Below, one piece after another: positions 20,726 through 30,263 of a DNA stretch of 64,000 nucleotides (within the stretch, counting starts at the first letter, position 1; each line of letters opens with the position of its first letter). The position numbers and the translations under genes are program-made. Below the pieces are notes generated by a model. The model was not told the DNA's origin. It was given only the letters and a program-made list of their open reading frames with translations, and searched no databases. This DNA comes from an uncultured Trueperaceae bacterium (GTDB taxonomy: Bacteria; Deinococcota; Deinococci; Deinococcales; Trueperaceae): NCBI GenBank assembly GCA_963799485.1, contig CAWCXJ010000007.1, positions 504,401-568,400 of the forward strand. Direction: 5' to 3'.

Positions 20726-21418
20726 ATGAACGTCACTGTACCGCTTACAGAGGTTCAGCGGCGCTTAGAAAGAGCTTGTCTCCGCGCAGGCCGCGACCCT
20801 GCCGAGGTCAGACTTATCGCGGTGACGAAAGGGCACTCGGCCCTGTCGGTACAGGAAAACGTCCTCAGCGCCGGTCACACGGTTTTGGGCGAAAGCCGGA
20901 TTCAGGAATGGCGTAAAAAGGCTGCTGAACTGGAGGCCAAACCTGAAGATAAAAGTGTAGAGGACAAACTAGAGTGGCACCTCATCGGTAATTTGCAGAC
21001 GAACAAGGTCAAATACTGCCGAGCGTTTCACACGCTGCACACGCTCAATTCGGAGCGGTTGGCGGACGCGCTCGAGGTTTACGGCGCAAAAAAAGATCAC
21101 ATCTTTCGGGTGCTCTTAGAGGTCAACGTGGCCGGTGAGGCGAACAAACAGGGCGTCTCGCTGGCAGAAGCGGCGGCTTTGGCCCGCTACGCGGAGAGTT
21201 TGCCGCACCTAGAGCTGGCGGGCGTGATGACCATCGCACCCTACCACGACGACCCCGAGGCGGCGCGGCCTGTTTTTAGAACGCTCAGGAACTTACGTGA
21301 TAAACTCGCGCTCAGGGAGCTGTCGATGGGGATGAGTGGCGACTTTGAAGTTGCCGCCGAAGAAGGCGCGACCTATGTGCGCGTCGGTTCGGCGCTTTTT
21401 CCTGACACTGATTCCTGA
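20726..21418 (+). CDS. yggS: PLP homeostasis protein YggS
   Basis: LIAVTK, WHLIGNLQTNKVK, LSMGMSGDF, VRVGSALF. Confidence 0.95.
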   Translation: MNVTVPLTEVQRRLERACLRAGRDPAEVRLIAVTKGHSALSVQENVLSAGHTVLGESRIQEWRKKAAELEAKPEDKSVEDKLEWHLIGNLQTNKVKYCRAFHTLHTLNSERLADALEVYGAKKDHIFRVLLEVNVAGEANKQGVSLAEAAALARYAESLPHLELAGVMTIAPYHDDPEAARPVFRTLRNLRDKLALRELSMGMSGDFEVAAEEGATYVRVGSALFPDTDS

Positions 21419-21433
21419 CACTGAGGAGACAAG

Positions 21434-21907
21434 GTGAAGTTAAGCCCACTAGACGTTCAGCATCACGAGTTTTCAAACGCCATGCGCGGGTATGACAAGG
21501 CGCAGGTCAGAGACTTTTTAGACGAAACTGCGGCGGCGCTCAAGTCCCTCGTCCGCGAAAATCAGCTGCTTAGAGCCGAACTCGTCAAACGTGACGAACT
21601 GATCGCTGAACTTAAAAGCGGCGAGAACGAGCTGCGCCGCGCCATCGTCTCCGCCGAACGTTTGGGCAGCGAACTCAAAGCGCGCGCCCAAGATGACGCC
21701 GAGAGGGTCTTGCAAGACGCTCGCGGCGAACGCGCGGTGATTTTACGCGACGCCGAACTGCAACTCCGCGAACTCAAGGCCGAGTTTGCCCGGACAGAGC
21801 GTGAACACCGGCTTTTCCGGGAACAGTTCCGGGGGATGCTGCGGGCTTACGAGCGGAGTTTGGAAAGCGTCCCGGATGTGCTGAGGCTCGAGGCGCAAGA
21901 AGACTAG
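21434..21907 (+). CDS. divIVA: DivIVA domain protein
   Basis: MKLSPLDV...F...RGYDKAQVRDFL plus coiled coil. Confidence 0.9.
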   Translation: MKLSPLDVQHHEFSNAMRGYDKAQVRDFLDETAAALKSLVRENQLLRAELVKRDELIAELKSGENELRRAIVSAERLGSELKARAQDDAERVLQDARGERAVILRDAELQLRELKAEFARTEREHRLFREQFRGMLRAYERSLESVPDVLRLEAQED

Positions 21908-22335
21908 CGAACGGTAAGCGTCCGCATTTGGGTCGTCGCAACAGCGCCATCGGCAGCCATTTTTCTTCCGTGAAAAAGGAGCGTTGCAGTTCCCTTCTCG
22001 GCAAAACTGAGCGTAGCCGTGTGTCTGTAATCTTCGCCGTAAAGTGGGCAAGCTGTACCGGGCGGCGGTATAAGCTGGTACTCGTAAGGCGTAATGTTCG
22101 CGCTTGGTCCCTGAACTTCAACTTCGGTTTCACCTTGTTCCGTGCAGCCGCCACCTGGAGTAATCACGGTAACTTCAAACGATGCTCCGGACTGTACCGA
22201 AACAGGGACAACTATGGCTTGCTCGCTGAACGTAGAGATTTCTCCAACAACGCGCACGCGTCTTCCAAAGAGACTGCACGAGGTTAGCAAAACCAGTAAT
22301 ATCCCGACGTAAACCCACCAGCTGAGTTTTTTCAT
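21904..22335 (-). CDS. Putative lipoprotein
   Basis: LLTSC lipobox; TACACT-N5-ATG. Confidence 0.65.
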   Translation of the reverse strand: MKKLSWWVYVGILLVLLTSCSLFGRRVRVVGEISTFSEQAIVVPVSVQSGASFEVTVITPGGGCTEQGETEVEVQGPSANITPYEYQLIPPPGTACPLYGEDYRHTATLSFAEKGTATLLFHGRKMAADGAVATTQMRTLTVR

Positions 22336-22348
22336 GATGGAGTGTAGC

Positions 22349-22381
22349 AAAAATGCGGTCAGAGGACTGGCCGCATTTTTC
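22349..22381 (-). terminator. Intrinsic terminator after ldrP
   Basis: AAAAATGCGGTCAG-agga-CTGGCCGCATTTTT. Confidence 0.75.
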
Positions 22382-22412
22382 AGATTTGGTATTTAACTTT
22401 TAGAATCCTTGC

Positions 22413-23057
22413 CTAGAACCCTTGTGAAATCTCGTCGAGTTCATCGGCTTGCAACAGCACAATCGAACGGTAGCCCGACTCGATTAAGCCTTCGCTGCGA
22501 AGTTCGGTGATGATCTTCGAGACGCTTTCACGTGTGCTCGCCGTACCCTCGGCGATCAGTTCGTGGGTTGCCGAGACGACCATATGACCGTCGCTGTTTT
22601 CAGCGGCGAGCGGCGTTTCAGACAAGCTGATGAGGTAGCGGGCGACGCGCTGGCGCAGGTCGCCGGTTTGCAGGTGATATTCGTAGTCCATCAGGCGCTG
22701 CATCTGTCTGGATAAGGACTGCGTAATCGTCATCAGGTCGTGGTGGTTGATAAGGGCCGGGTCGATCGCTTCGACCTGCGCGTTGGTCAGGGCTTCGGCA
22801 ATCTCTTCACGGCGACCGTCCATAAACGCCTCTTCACCGAAAAAATCGCCGGGCATGACGTGGCGTACCGTCAGGATGCGGCCTTCAGGAGTCATCCGGG
22901 TAATACGGATAAGGCCGTCACGGACGCGGAAGACCGACTGGGCCGGGTCGCCGTTATGGTAGAGCGTCTGTTTACGCTGAAACCTTAGCGGCTGGCTGGG
23001 GGCCTCGAGCGCGTCTTGCGGATTCTGTCTGCTGATTTCGTTAAGGATGTTGTTCAT
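22413..23057 (-). CDS. ldrP: Crp/Fnr family regulator (LdrP-like)
   Basis: cNMP-binding fold (GDFFGEEA) plus HTH (TRESVSKII); downstream of carH as in Thermus. Confidence 0.75.
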   Translation of the reverse strand: MNNILNEISRQNPQDALEAPSQPLRFQRKQTLYHNGDPAQSVFRVRDGLIRITRMTPEGRILTVRHVMPGDFFGEEAFMDGRREEIAEALTNAQVEAIDPALINHHDLMTITQSLSRQMQRLMDYEYHLQTGDLRQRVARYLISLSETPLAAENSDGHMVVSATHELIAEGTASTRESVSKIITELRSEGLIESGYRSIVLLQADELDEISQGF

Positions 23058-23212
23058 GGTCTGCCTCCCGTAAACATAGAGTGTTTTTTAACCGTGGTGA
23101 TTCTCGGTTTGCGTTTTTGTTCGCGCGCTTTGCGGCTGCGCGCGTAGAGGCCGTTACATGGGAATCGTCCAAACCCGGGTGTGCATGCTTGCCCCCTTTA
23201 GGCGCACGGCTT

Positions 23213-24118
23213 TTAGGCACGCAGTGCGCCGTACTGCTGAACGAGCTGCGAAAACCGCCTGACTGCGCCCGACGCGTCGGGTGCAAGAAAGGTTCCGGAT
23301 AGAGTTTCGGCGAGTTCGGGATGGCGGTTAAACGCCGCGCCCCCGAACGCGAGTACGGGCGCGATACCGACGAGGTAGCGCCGGGCTTCGGTCAGCGCAA
23401 CGACCGACTCGGTAAGTGAAGCTGAGATCATCACCCCGGCGGGCCGGAGGGTACGGGCCAAGTCGCGCAGGTCTTTAACGGGTGTGTTCGCCCCCAGATA
23501 ATATACCCGGTACCCGGCGCGGCGCAACAACGTGGCGAGAATCAGCGCGCCGAGTTCGTGCTGCTCTAAAGGCGCACAGGCAACGATAATTACCGTGCCT
23601 GCTTCGGCGTTGGAAGTTGCGCTCATCAGGGTTCTCAGGCGGCCCTGCAAGTAGGCGCTGGCAAAGTGTTCGGTCGTTACCGGAATCTCGCCCCGATGCC
23701 AGCGCGACCCCAACTCGATCATCGTGCGCTGCGCGAGTTCGGACAAAACCGTTTCGACGCTGTGAAGGCTGTACGCCTGACTAAAGATTTTGTCGGCCCT
23801 GGCCTCGTCGAGTTGCAAGAGTGCATTTAGTAGTGCTTCTTGCAGGCCGCTCAGTGAGCTGGGCAGCGCCCCCTCCGGTTGCGCTTCACAGAGCGCTTCA
23901 CAGACCAGTTCGGCGGCTCGCGAGGCCGATACCCCCTCAGCGATATGCCGCTTCATCCGTTCGATGTCGTGAAGGTCGTTCTCACAATAAAGTCGGTACC
24001 CCGAACTCGAGCGCTCCGGCTTGGGAAACCCGTAGCGGCGTTCCCACTGCCGCAGAGTACTTGCCGGTACCTTCGTGCGCGCTTCGACTTCATTAACGGT
24101 GTAGCGATTACGGCTCAC
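23213..24118 (-). CDS. carH: B12-dependent MerR-type photoreceptor/repressor CarH (LitR)
   Basis: MerR HTH (TLRQWERRYG), W-x9-EH (WHRGEIPVTTEH), EQHELG cobalamin motif, YLGANTP. Confidence 0.9.
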   Translation of the reverse strand: MSRNRYTVNEVEARTKVPASTLRQWERRYGFPKPERSSSGYRLYCENDLHDIERMKRHIAEGVSASRAAELVCEALCEAQPEGALPSSLSGLQEALLNALLQLDEARADKIFSQAYSLHSVETVLSELAQRTMIELGSRWHRGEIPVTTEHFASAYLQGRLRTLMSATSNAEAGTVIIVACAPLEQHELGALILATLLRRAGYRVYYLGANTPVKDLRDLARTLRPAGVMISASLTESVVALTEARRYLVGIAPVLAFGGAAFNRHPELAETLSGTFLAPDASGAVRRFSQLVQQYGALRA

Positions 24119-24424
24119 GGTGAGTCAGTCTCCTCCAAAACGCTAATTATACGGATTTATTCCGTATAACCTCTGTACAAGCGTAAGAGGAGTATAGCGT
24201 CAAAACCGGATTGCGTCAAGGCGTACAAACGTATCCGAATAAGCTCGCAGAAGGCGATAGTTAACGCCTTGGCGAAAATCGAACGAAACAGATTCTACAA
24301 CTACAGCCCTCATCAAAGCTCTACAGAACCTTATACAACATGTGAAAACCGACTGAGGCGGTAGCGGATTTTTACATCGGTACGGCACAGCACATGAGAC
24401 ACCAACCACGTTAAACTTAAAGTC

Positions 24425-24889
24425 ATGACAGGTGAGAAGAATAAATGTATCGAGATTTTTACCGATGGGTCGTGCGACACGACTTCCGGGCGCGGCGGCT
24501 GGGGCTATCTGTTGCGCTGCGGCGAGCGGCAAAAGACGGCTTCGGGCTTTGAGGCCGCGACGACAAACAACCGGATGGAGCTGACGGCGGCGGTCGAGGC
24601 GCTGTCCGCGCTCAAAACGCCGTGTGCAGTGACAATTATTACCGATTCGCAGTACCTCAAAAACGCTTTTACGGCGGGCTGGCTCCGGAACTGGCAACGC
24701 AACGGCTGGAAAACCGCGAGCAAGCAGCCGGTTAAAAATAAAGACTTGTGGCTAAAGCTGCTTAAACTCAGCGCCGAACATACGCTTAGCTGGCGCTGGA
24801 CCAAGGGCCACGCCGGACACGCCGAAAACGAACTCGTAGACAAGCTGGCGCTCACGGCTAGGCGGCGCGGCGCAGCTCACGAGGTGTGA
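24425..24889 (+). CDS. rnhA: Ribonuclease HI
   Basis: TDGSC, TTNNRMEL, TDSQY, KGHAGHAENELVD. Confidence 0.96.
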   Translation: MTGEKNKCIEIFTDGSCDTTSGRGGWGYLLRCGERQKTASGFEAATTNNRMELTAAVEALSALKTPCAVTIITDSQYLKNAFTAGWLRNWQRNGWKTASKQPVKNKDLWLKLLKLSAEHTLSWRWTKGHAGHAENELVDKLALTARRRGAAHEV

Positions 24890-25979
24890 GGGCGCTCACA
24901 CGCGCAAAAAGCCGTTCTAAAGCTGCCAGCCCGACGGGTAAGGAAGCGGGCTCGAGCCACTCACTCAAACGGTGTGCGTCGCCGCCCCGGTAGACGCCGA
25001 AAGCGATGGCAGGCAGTCCGGCGGCCATCGCCGCGTTTGCGTCGGTACTGCTTGCGGAGATGCGCGCGCGCAGGCCGTGGTCGGCGAGTGCGCCCTGTCC
25101 GGCCTGCGTCAACCCGCCGTTGGGTGCGCTCGCTGCCGGACGGTCGCCGACTTGCTGAATCTCTAACTTGACGTTGTGTTTGGCCGCCACACGTTCGGCC
25201 CTGGCCCGCGCTTCACGGCCCAGACGTTCTAGAAGTGCCGCGTCCAAGCTGCGAAGGTCGAGGTTAAACCCGGCGCTCTGGGCAATCGCGTTGACCCCGG
25301 TGCCGCCCCAGACCTGTCCGACGTTGTACGAACTCCGCGCCCCTGCAGCCAGTGGCAGCTTGGCAAGTACGGCGACGGCTTCACCGAGGGCGTGTGTGGC
25401 GCTCGGGCTGGGAAAGTCGCCCCACGAGTGTCCGCCCTTTGCCGTAAAGGTCACTTCAAAGCGCTTGGAACCGACCGCAGCGTCGATCAGTGCGCCGAGA
25501 TGTCCGTCCACGGCGACCACGCCGTCGAAATCTCCGGCTCTTTCAGCGAGCAGGGCGCGGATACCCCGGAGGTCGCCCAGACCTTCCTCGCCGACGGTGG
25601 CAGCAAAGGTCAAGCGCGGATACGAGGCAACCTCACCGCGCTTTAGCCGCCGTAAATAAGCGAGCAGCACCGCCAGGCTCGCGCTGTTGTCGCCGATACC
25701 GGGCGCGGCCAGCCGCCCCTGACTCCCGACAGCGCGAACGCGCACATCGGTGTCGGCACCAAAAACCGTATCGAGGTGCGCCGCAGCGAGGAGGCGTGGG
25801 CCACGTCCGCCGGGAATGTCGGCGGTGACGTTGCCGACGGCGTCGGTGTGAGGCTCGAGTCCCAGCTCCCGTAAAAACCCGCCGATAAGTTCTCCCCTTG
25901 CGCCCTCGTGAAACGTTGGGGCCGGGGTTTCGCAGATAGCCCGTAAAAGACCCGTCAGTTCGTTTAGCTCACGGCTCAT
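24858..25979 (-). CDS. M20/M25/M40 family metallopeptidase
   Basis: AHLDTV, GIGDN, VGEEGLG, GGHSW. Confidence 0.9.
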   Translation of the reverse strand: MSRELNELTGLLRAICETPAPTFHEGARGELIGGFLRELGLEPHTDAVGNVTADIPGGRGPRLLAAAHLDTVFGADTDVRVRAVGSQGRLAAPGIGDNSASLAVLLAYLRRLKRGEVASYPRLTFAATVGEEGLGDLRGIRALLAERAGDFDGVVAVDGHLGALIDAAVGSKRFEVTFTAKGGHSWGDFPSPSATHALGEAVAVLAKLPLAAGARSSYNVGQVWGGTGVNAIAQSAGFNLDLRSLDAALLERLGREARARAERVAAKHNVKLEIQQVGDRPAASAPNGGLTQAGQGALADHGLRARISASSTDANAAMAAGLPAIAFGVYRGGDAHRLSEWLEPASLPVGLAALERLFARVSALTPRELRRAA

Positions 25980-26197
25980 TCCAAACCCTCACGAAGTCCG
26001 GCGAGCGCCGCAAACGGGTTCGGCGTAGCGACCGGCAACCAGCGGCAAAAACTCACGGCAGCCGAACCGGCACCTTCAGGCTCGAGCCGGTGCGGACACC
26101 CCGGACACTCCGGATAGGCGAGCGCGGTATAGGCCAGCTCGCGGAGGTCGTCGGGGCCGTCGCATTCGCGCAAACACCCCGCCCGAAAGCGTTTCAT
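25976..26197 (-). CDS. Small Cys-rich hypothetical protein
   Basis: CxxxC and CxxC motifs; overlaps the peptidase start. Confidence 0.55.
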   Translation of the reverse strand: MKRFRAGCLRECDGPDDLRELAYTALAYPECPGCPHRLEPEGAGSAAVSFCRWLPVATPNPFAALAGLREGLE

Positions 26198-26273
26198 TTG
26201 GCCTTCACTTCAGCACTCATCCAAGTATCCGGTTCTGCGAAGTTCGTACCTGTCCGATTTATAACTGTCAAGT

Positions 26274-26933
26274 TCACGCCCCTTTAGAAAGGGTGGCGAT
26301 CCCTTCGCGGAGTGCGTAAAGCGCTGCCTGCGTCCGGTTGTTGAGCCGCAACTTTGAAAAAATCTCGGAAAGCCGGTTCCGCACCGTTTTTTCACTTACA
26401 CCCAGTTCGTCGGCAATCTCGACGTTTGACGCACCCTGCGCGAGCAGCCGCAGAATGGTCGCTTCGCGTTCGGTCAGTTCAGACAGTTTGTGGCTTCCTA
26501 CCGAGCTCTCCTTGACCCGCCGAAACTCGGCGAGTACCGACGACGCGAGTTCGGGACGAAGGAGCAGTTCGCCTTCAGCCACGCGGCGAATCGCGCTGAT
26601 GAGGTCGTCGGCCCCGGCGTCTTTTAGGAGGTAGCCACATGCGCCCGCCTTGATCGCCTCGAAAACGTAGCGGTCCTGGCGGTACATCGTAAGGATGATG
26701 ACCTTGGCAGCCGGAAACTCTTCTAAAATGGTCTGGGTCGCGGCTACGCCGTCTAAGTCGGGCATCTGGATGTCCATCAAGATCACGTCCGGATGAACCG
26801 AGAGCGCGTAACGTACCGCTTCGCGGCCCGTCGCGGCCTCGCCGATAATCCGGAAACCCTCTTCGGTTTCCAAGATACTCCGTAGTCCCTGGCGAAACAT
26901 CGTATGGTCATCACAGAGTAAAAGGCGCGTCAT
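26274..26933 (-). CDS. NarL/LuxR family response regulator
   Basis: DDH...DIQMP...GYLLK receiver; LTERE...HTH. Confidence 0.95.
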   Translation of the reverse strand: MTRLLLCDDHTMFRQGLRSILETEEGFRIIGEAATGREAVRYALSVHPDVILMDIQMPDLDGVAATQTILEEFPAAKVIILTMYRQDRYVFEAIKAGACGYLLKDAGADDLISAIRRVAEGELLLRPELASSVLAEFRRVKESSVGSHKLSELTEREATILRLLAQGASNVEIADELGVSEKTVRNRLSEIFSKLRLNNRTQAALYALREGIATLSKGA

Positions 26934-27029
26934 ACACCTATGCTAACGCACCGAGGTGCGCGGTAAGATGGCCCTTACGACGAACGCGCTACCCGACCGG
27001 CGCGGTAGGCGCACAACCGAAGGAGTCAG

Positions 27030-27491
27030 ATGCAACACCCTAAAGGTGTCCTAATCGAACGAGCCAAGCAGTTGGGTCTCGGCAAACCGAACTTTGACAC
27101 ACACAATACCGGCCCTGAACACGAACCGCTTTTTGAAAGCACCGTAACAATTCGCGGTGAGGTTTACGGCGAAGGTGAAGGCGGCACCAAGCGCGACGCC
27201 GAACGCCGCGCCAGCGAAGAGGCGTTAGACGCCCTTAAAGATACGCGGCGCGAAAAGAGCTCCGTCAGTCAGAGCGAGGCTTTCCCGGGCGACGAATCTT
27301 TTGACGGCCCCTGGCCTATTTTCGCTGAGGTCTTAGCCGCGAGTCTAAACGTCGCGCACGCCCGCGTGAACCCGACCCTGACCGGCCCGGACGCGATTAC
27401 CGAGGTGCAGGCGCTCGCTTTGCAACTTTACAAGGGTAGCTTGGAAGGGCTCGGCGAAGTCGTCGAGTTGGATGAACCCGAACAAGACTGA
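27030..27491 (+). CDS. dsRNA-binding domain protein
   Basis: HPKGVL...GPEHEPLF...GEGGTKRDAERRAS dsRBD signature; AAGGAG RBS. Confidence 0.8.
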   Translation: MQHPKGVLIERAKQLGLGKPNFDTHNTGPEHEPLFESTVTIRGEVYGEGEGGTKRDAERRASEEALDALKDTRREKSSVSQSEAFPGDESFDGPWPIFAEVLAASLNVAHARVNPTLTGPDAITEVQALALQLYKGSLEGLGEVVELDEPEQD

Positions 27492-27492
27492 T

Positions 27493-27789
27493 TTACGGGT
27501 TGGTTTTCGCCCAGCGTTCGATACGGGTCAACTCTTCGGTGGCTTTTTCTTTTTTGAGCAGCTCGAGTACCTTGGGCTGCGCCGTAAAGTCGCCGGTGCC
27601 GATAATCTCAATGACATCGACCATCTTGGCGCTAAAGGCGCGCAGGGGCACTTGAGTCGCACCCTCGCTCACCTCAGGACTCGGGCGGCTGAGCTTGAAA
27701 AGCGGCCCGTCGAGGGCGTTGCGGGGCGTTTCGTCGAGTTCGGCCAGTACGTCGCCGTAATCGTCGGTCAGGATAAGGTAGCGTCTCAT
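27493..27789 (-). CDS. Hypothetical protein
   Basis: 98-aa ORF converging on the dsRBD gene. Confidence 0.6.
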   Translation of the reverse strand: MRRYLILTDDYGDVLAELDETPRNALDGPLFKLSRPSPEVSEGATQVPLRAFSAKMVDVIEIIGTGDFTAQPKVLELLKKEKATEELTRIERWAKTNP

Positions 27790-27952
27790 AAAGAGAGCCT
27801 AGCACTTGGTCACGCCGGAGATTGCGCCGAGGCTGCGTTTGCCAGAAGTCGCCGCGCTTGCGGCGTAATTTCGCGGCGTAATCTACGCAACGTGCGCTGC
27901 AAGCCTGCAAGTCCTCGTCAAGTTCTAACCGGGCGATGCCATACTTGGAGCT

Positions 27953-28939
27953 ATGACAGATACGGATACAACAAATACGGACATGACAAATACAGTGGAC
28001 GACGCGCTCACGCCCGCAACCGCCGACGCGGTAGCTGCTATCTGTCTGATGGCGGCGTTTGCCGACGGGCAAAAAGGCTCGGACGAGCAAAAGCGGTTAG
28101 AAGAAATTTTTAGCAGCTTGGGTGAGGTCAACGCCGGAACGCTCTACAGCCGCGTGATGCTCGGACGAACGGACGTGCAACAAGAAGCCGCCGCCCTCAC
28201 CACGCCGGAACTCCGTACCCTCGCCTTTGAGATGGCGCTGAGCGTCTGCGACGCCGACGGCTCGATGAGCGAGGCGGAAGGGGTCTTTCTGGGTCAGCTG
28301 CAAGAAGCGCTCACGGTTCCGGCAGCGGCGGCGATGACGGCGCAAAGAGACGCGGAACAGCTTGCTGAAATGCCGGTCGAGACGTCCGGGCAAATTGCGA
28401 CGGCTGTACCGGAAACCGAGTCTGAAACGGCTGAGGGAGCCCTCGAGCAAACTATCTTGAACGCCGCTATCTTAAACGGGGCTTTGGAGCTTTTGCCCCA
28501 GTCTCTAGCCACCGTCGCCATCATCCCGCTACAGTTACGTCTCGTCTACACGGTCGGGCAAACTTACGGCTACACGCTAGACCGCGCCCACCTCAAGGAG
28601 TTTCTAGGCGTCGCCGGGGTCGGCATGACCTCACAGGTCGTTGAAGGGCACGTGCGTAAGCTGTTCGGCAATTTCGCCAAAAAAACGGTAGGGCGCGGTA
28701 GCAAAAAGCTTGCCAGCGCCGCAGCGGGCGCAGCGCTCACCTTTGCCACGACCTACGCACTCGGACAGGCCGCCAAGAGGTATTACGGCGGGGGGCGCAA
28801 ACTCGAGCTGACCGAAGTCCGTGCCCTGTTTCAGGAGCAGCTAGGGCAGGGGCAGGAACTCTTCAACAAGTATCAGGGCGACGTGCAGACGAAAGCCGAA
28901 ACGACCAATGTGCAGAGTTTGCTGAAGCTGATTCGGTAA
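27953..28939 (+). CDS. TerB-like N-domain plus DUF697/YcjF-like protein
   Basis: AAFADG...VCDADG...E TerB-like motifs; IIPLQLRLVY...ATTYALG. Confidence 0.7.
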   Translation: MTDTDTTNTDMTNTVDDALTPATADAVAAICLMAAFADGQKGSDEQKRLEEIFSSLGEVNAGTLYSRVMLGRTDVQQEAAALTTPELRTLAFEMALSVCDADGSMSEAEGVFLGQLQEALTVPAAAAMTAQRDAEQLAEMPVETSGQIATAVPETESETAEGALEQTILNAAILNGALELLPQSLATVAIIPLQLRLVYTVGQTYGYTLDRAHLKEFLGVAGVGMTSQVVEGHVRKLFGNFAKKTVGRGSKKLASAAAGAALTFATTYALGQAAKRYYGGGRKLELTEVRALFQEQLGQGQELFNKYQGDVQTKAETTNVQSLLKLIR

Positions 28940-29001
28940 GGGTAGAAGCAGGGAGTAAGAAGCAAGAATCAGGAAGACGGTCTCACGAGGTTTAAGCACA
29001 T

Positions 29002-29030
29002 AAAAAGCGCCCGATACAAAACCGGGCGCT
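29002..29030 (-). terminator. Intrinsic terminator after csp
   Basis: AGCGCCCG...CGGGCGCT followed by T5 on the minus strand. Confidence 0.7.
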
Positions 29031-29064
29031 GCTGTACTCTAGTTGAGCCTAGCGCGAGTGGGGA

Positions 29065-29313
29065 TTAGTAACGCGAACCCCGTGACGAACGATCTGAAGC
29101 GGGCGCGGCGTTCGTAACCTTGACGTTGGTCGCCTGCATCCCTTTTTGACCGCGTTCGGTGTCGAACTCGACTTCATCGCCTTCGTTGAGGTTGCGGTAG
29201 CCGTCACCGGTAATCGCCGAGAAGTGGACGAAAAGGTCTTCGCCGCCGCCTTCTTGTTCGATAAAGCCGAAACCTTTTTCGCCGTTAAACCACTTAACTT
29301 TGCCTGTTGCCAT
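29065..29313 (-). CDS. Cold-shock protein
   Basis: [24 protein letters not shown]. Confidence 0.96.
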   Translation of the reverse strand: MATGKVKWFNGEKGFGFIEQEGGGEDLFVHFSAITGDGYRNLNEGDEVEFDTERGQKGMQATNVKVTNAAPASDRSSRGSRY

Positions 29314-29506
29314 TTTTTACCAATCTCTCTTCTACTGCATTTTACACGTAAAGCCGAAATGCTGTATTCGCGTTGCAGTAGACAACCTCGGGCAGCTGCC
29401 CGAACCACAACGCTTACCTTTGTTGCAGATGACCTGACTATAAACTATTCAGGACCCTAATACAAGTCGTCACCTTGCGGCCTCGACAAGCTTATTCCAC
29501 AACCCG

Positions 29507-29836
29507 CTAGAAAGCGTTGTCTCCTTTGTCGGGTTTATCAAGGTCTTGCAAGATGCTGTAACGCCGGGGTTCTTCAGCGGCGCTTCTTAGGTCGCGCTGA
29601 ACTTGCGTGCTGATCACCTCTGCGCTCGGCAGGTCGTTGTCCCAGCGCACGCCGCTGCCGTGCTCGAGTTCGGCCATCGCCGCCGTGACCGCATTTTCGG
29701 CGTTTGCAATGACCTTGCCGGTCAGGGTCGAAGGGACGCCCTTTTTCAGCTGTGCGGCGCGCCGCCCGACGACAATCGACAAACGGTAACGTGAGTCGGT
29801 GGCTTCTCTTAAAACATCAAACCCTTTTTGGGACAT
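29507..29836 (-). CDS. rpoZ: RNA polymerase omega subunit
   Basis: DSRYRLSIVVGRRAAQL...AVTAAMAEL. Confidence 0.9.
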   Translation of the reverse strand: MSQKGFDVLREATDSRYRLSIVVGRRAAQLKKGVPSTLTGKVIANAENAVTAAMAELEHGSGVRWDNDLPSAEVISTQVQRDLRSAAEEPRRYSILQDLDKPDKGDNAF

Positions 29837-30263
29837 GGCGCACTCCGTTCGGTGTCCGGCCCCTAGAATGCTGCCGAAACCACAACCCGTTATTTTGCGG
29901 GGATAACCTCAGCGTAACAGGTTTGACCTCGAGTCGGTGTCTTGCAGTGCTGCGCCAGCTCAACGCGAGTTGGGGAAGGGAGTTATACCCCCAAAGGCTC
30001 CTGCTGGTAACGTCCTAACGCCTTGCAGACCGCAATCTCTGATTGCAGCTACTTCTGCAAAAAGCACCCTTTTGTGGTTTGGGGAGGGTAGCGTTTGAGC
30101 CTAGCTGAGCTGTCCAGCCCTCAAAAACGTTGTTGTCTCGACAAACACGGGGCGTTTACGGCACGACTTTTGTACAAGGACGTTTTGGAAAAGGGCTACG
30201 CCGACAACTGCTGACAATCAAGCTCAAACGATCTACCGGGAAGAAGACGTTCGGTGTGTCTCG

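Noticed and set aside
29837..30263. Structured ncRNA between rpoZ and mutL
   Set aside because: Only short hairpins; no recognisable family motif.
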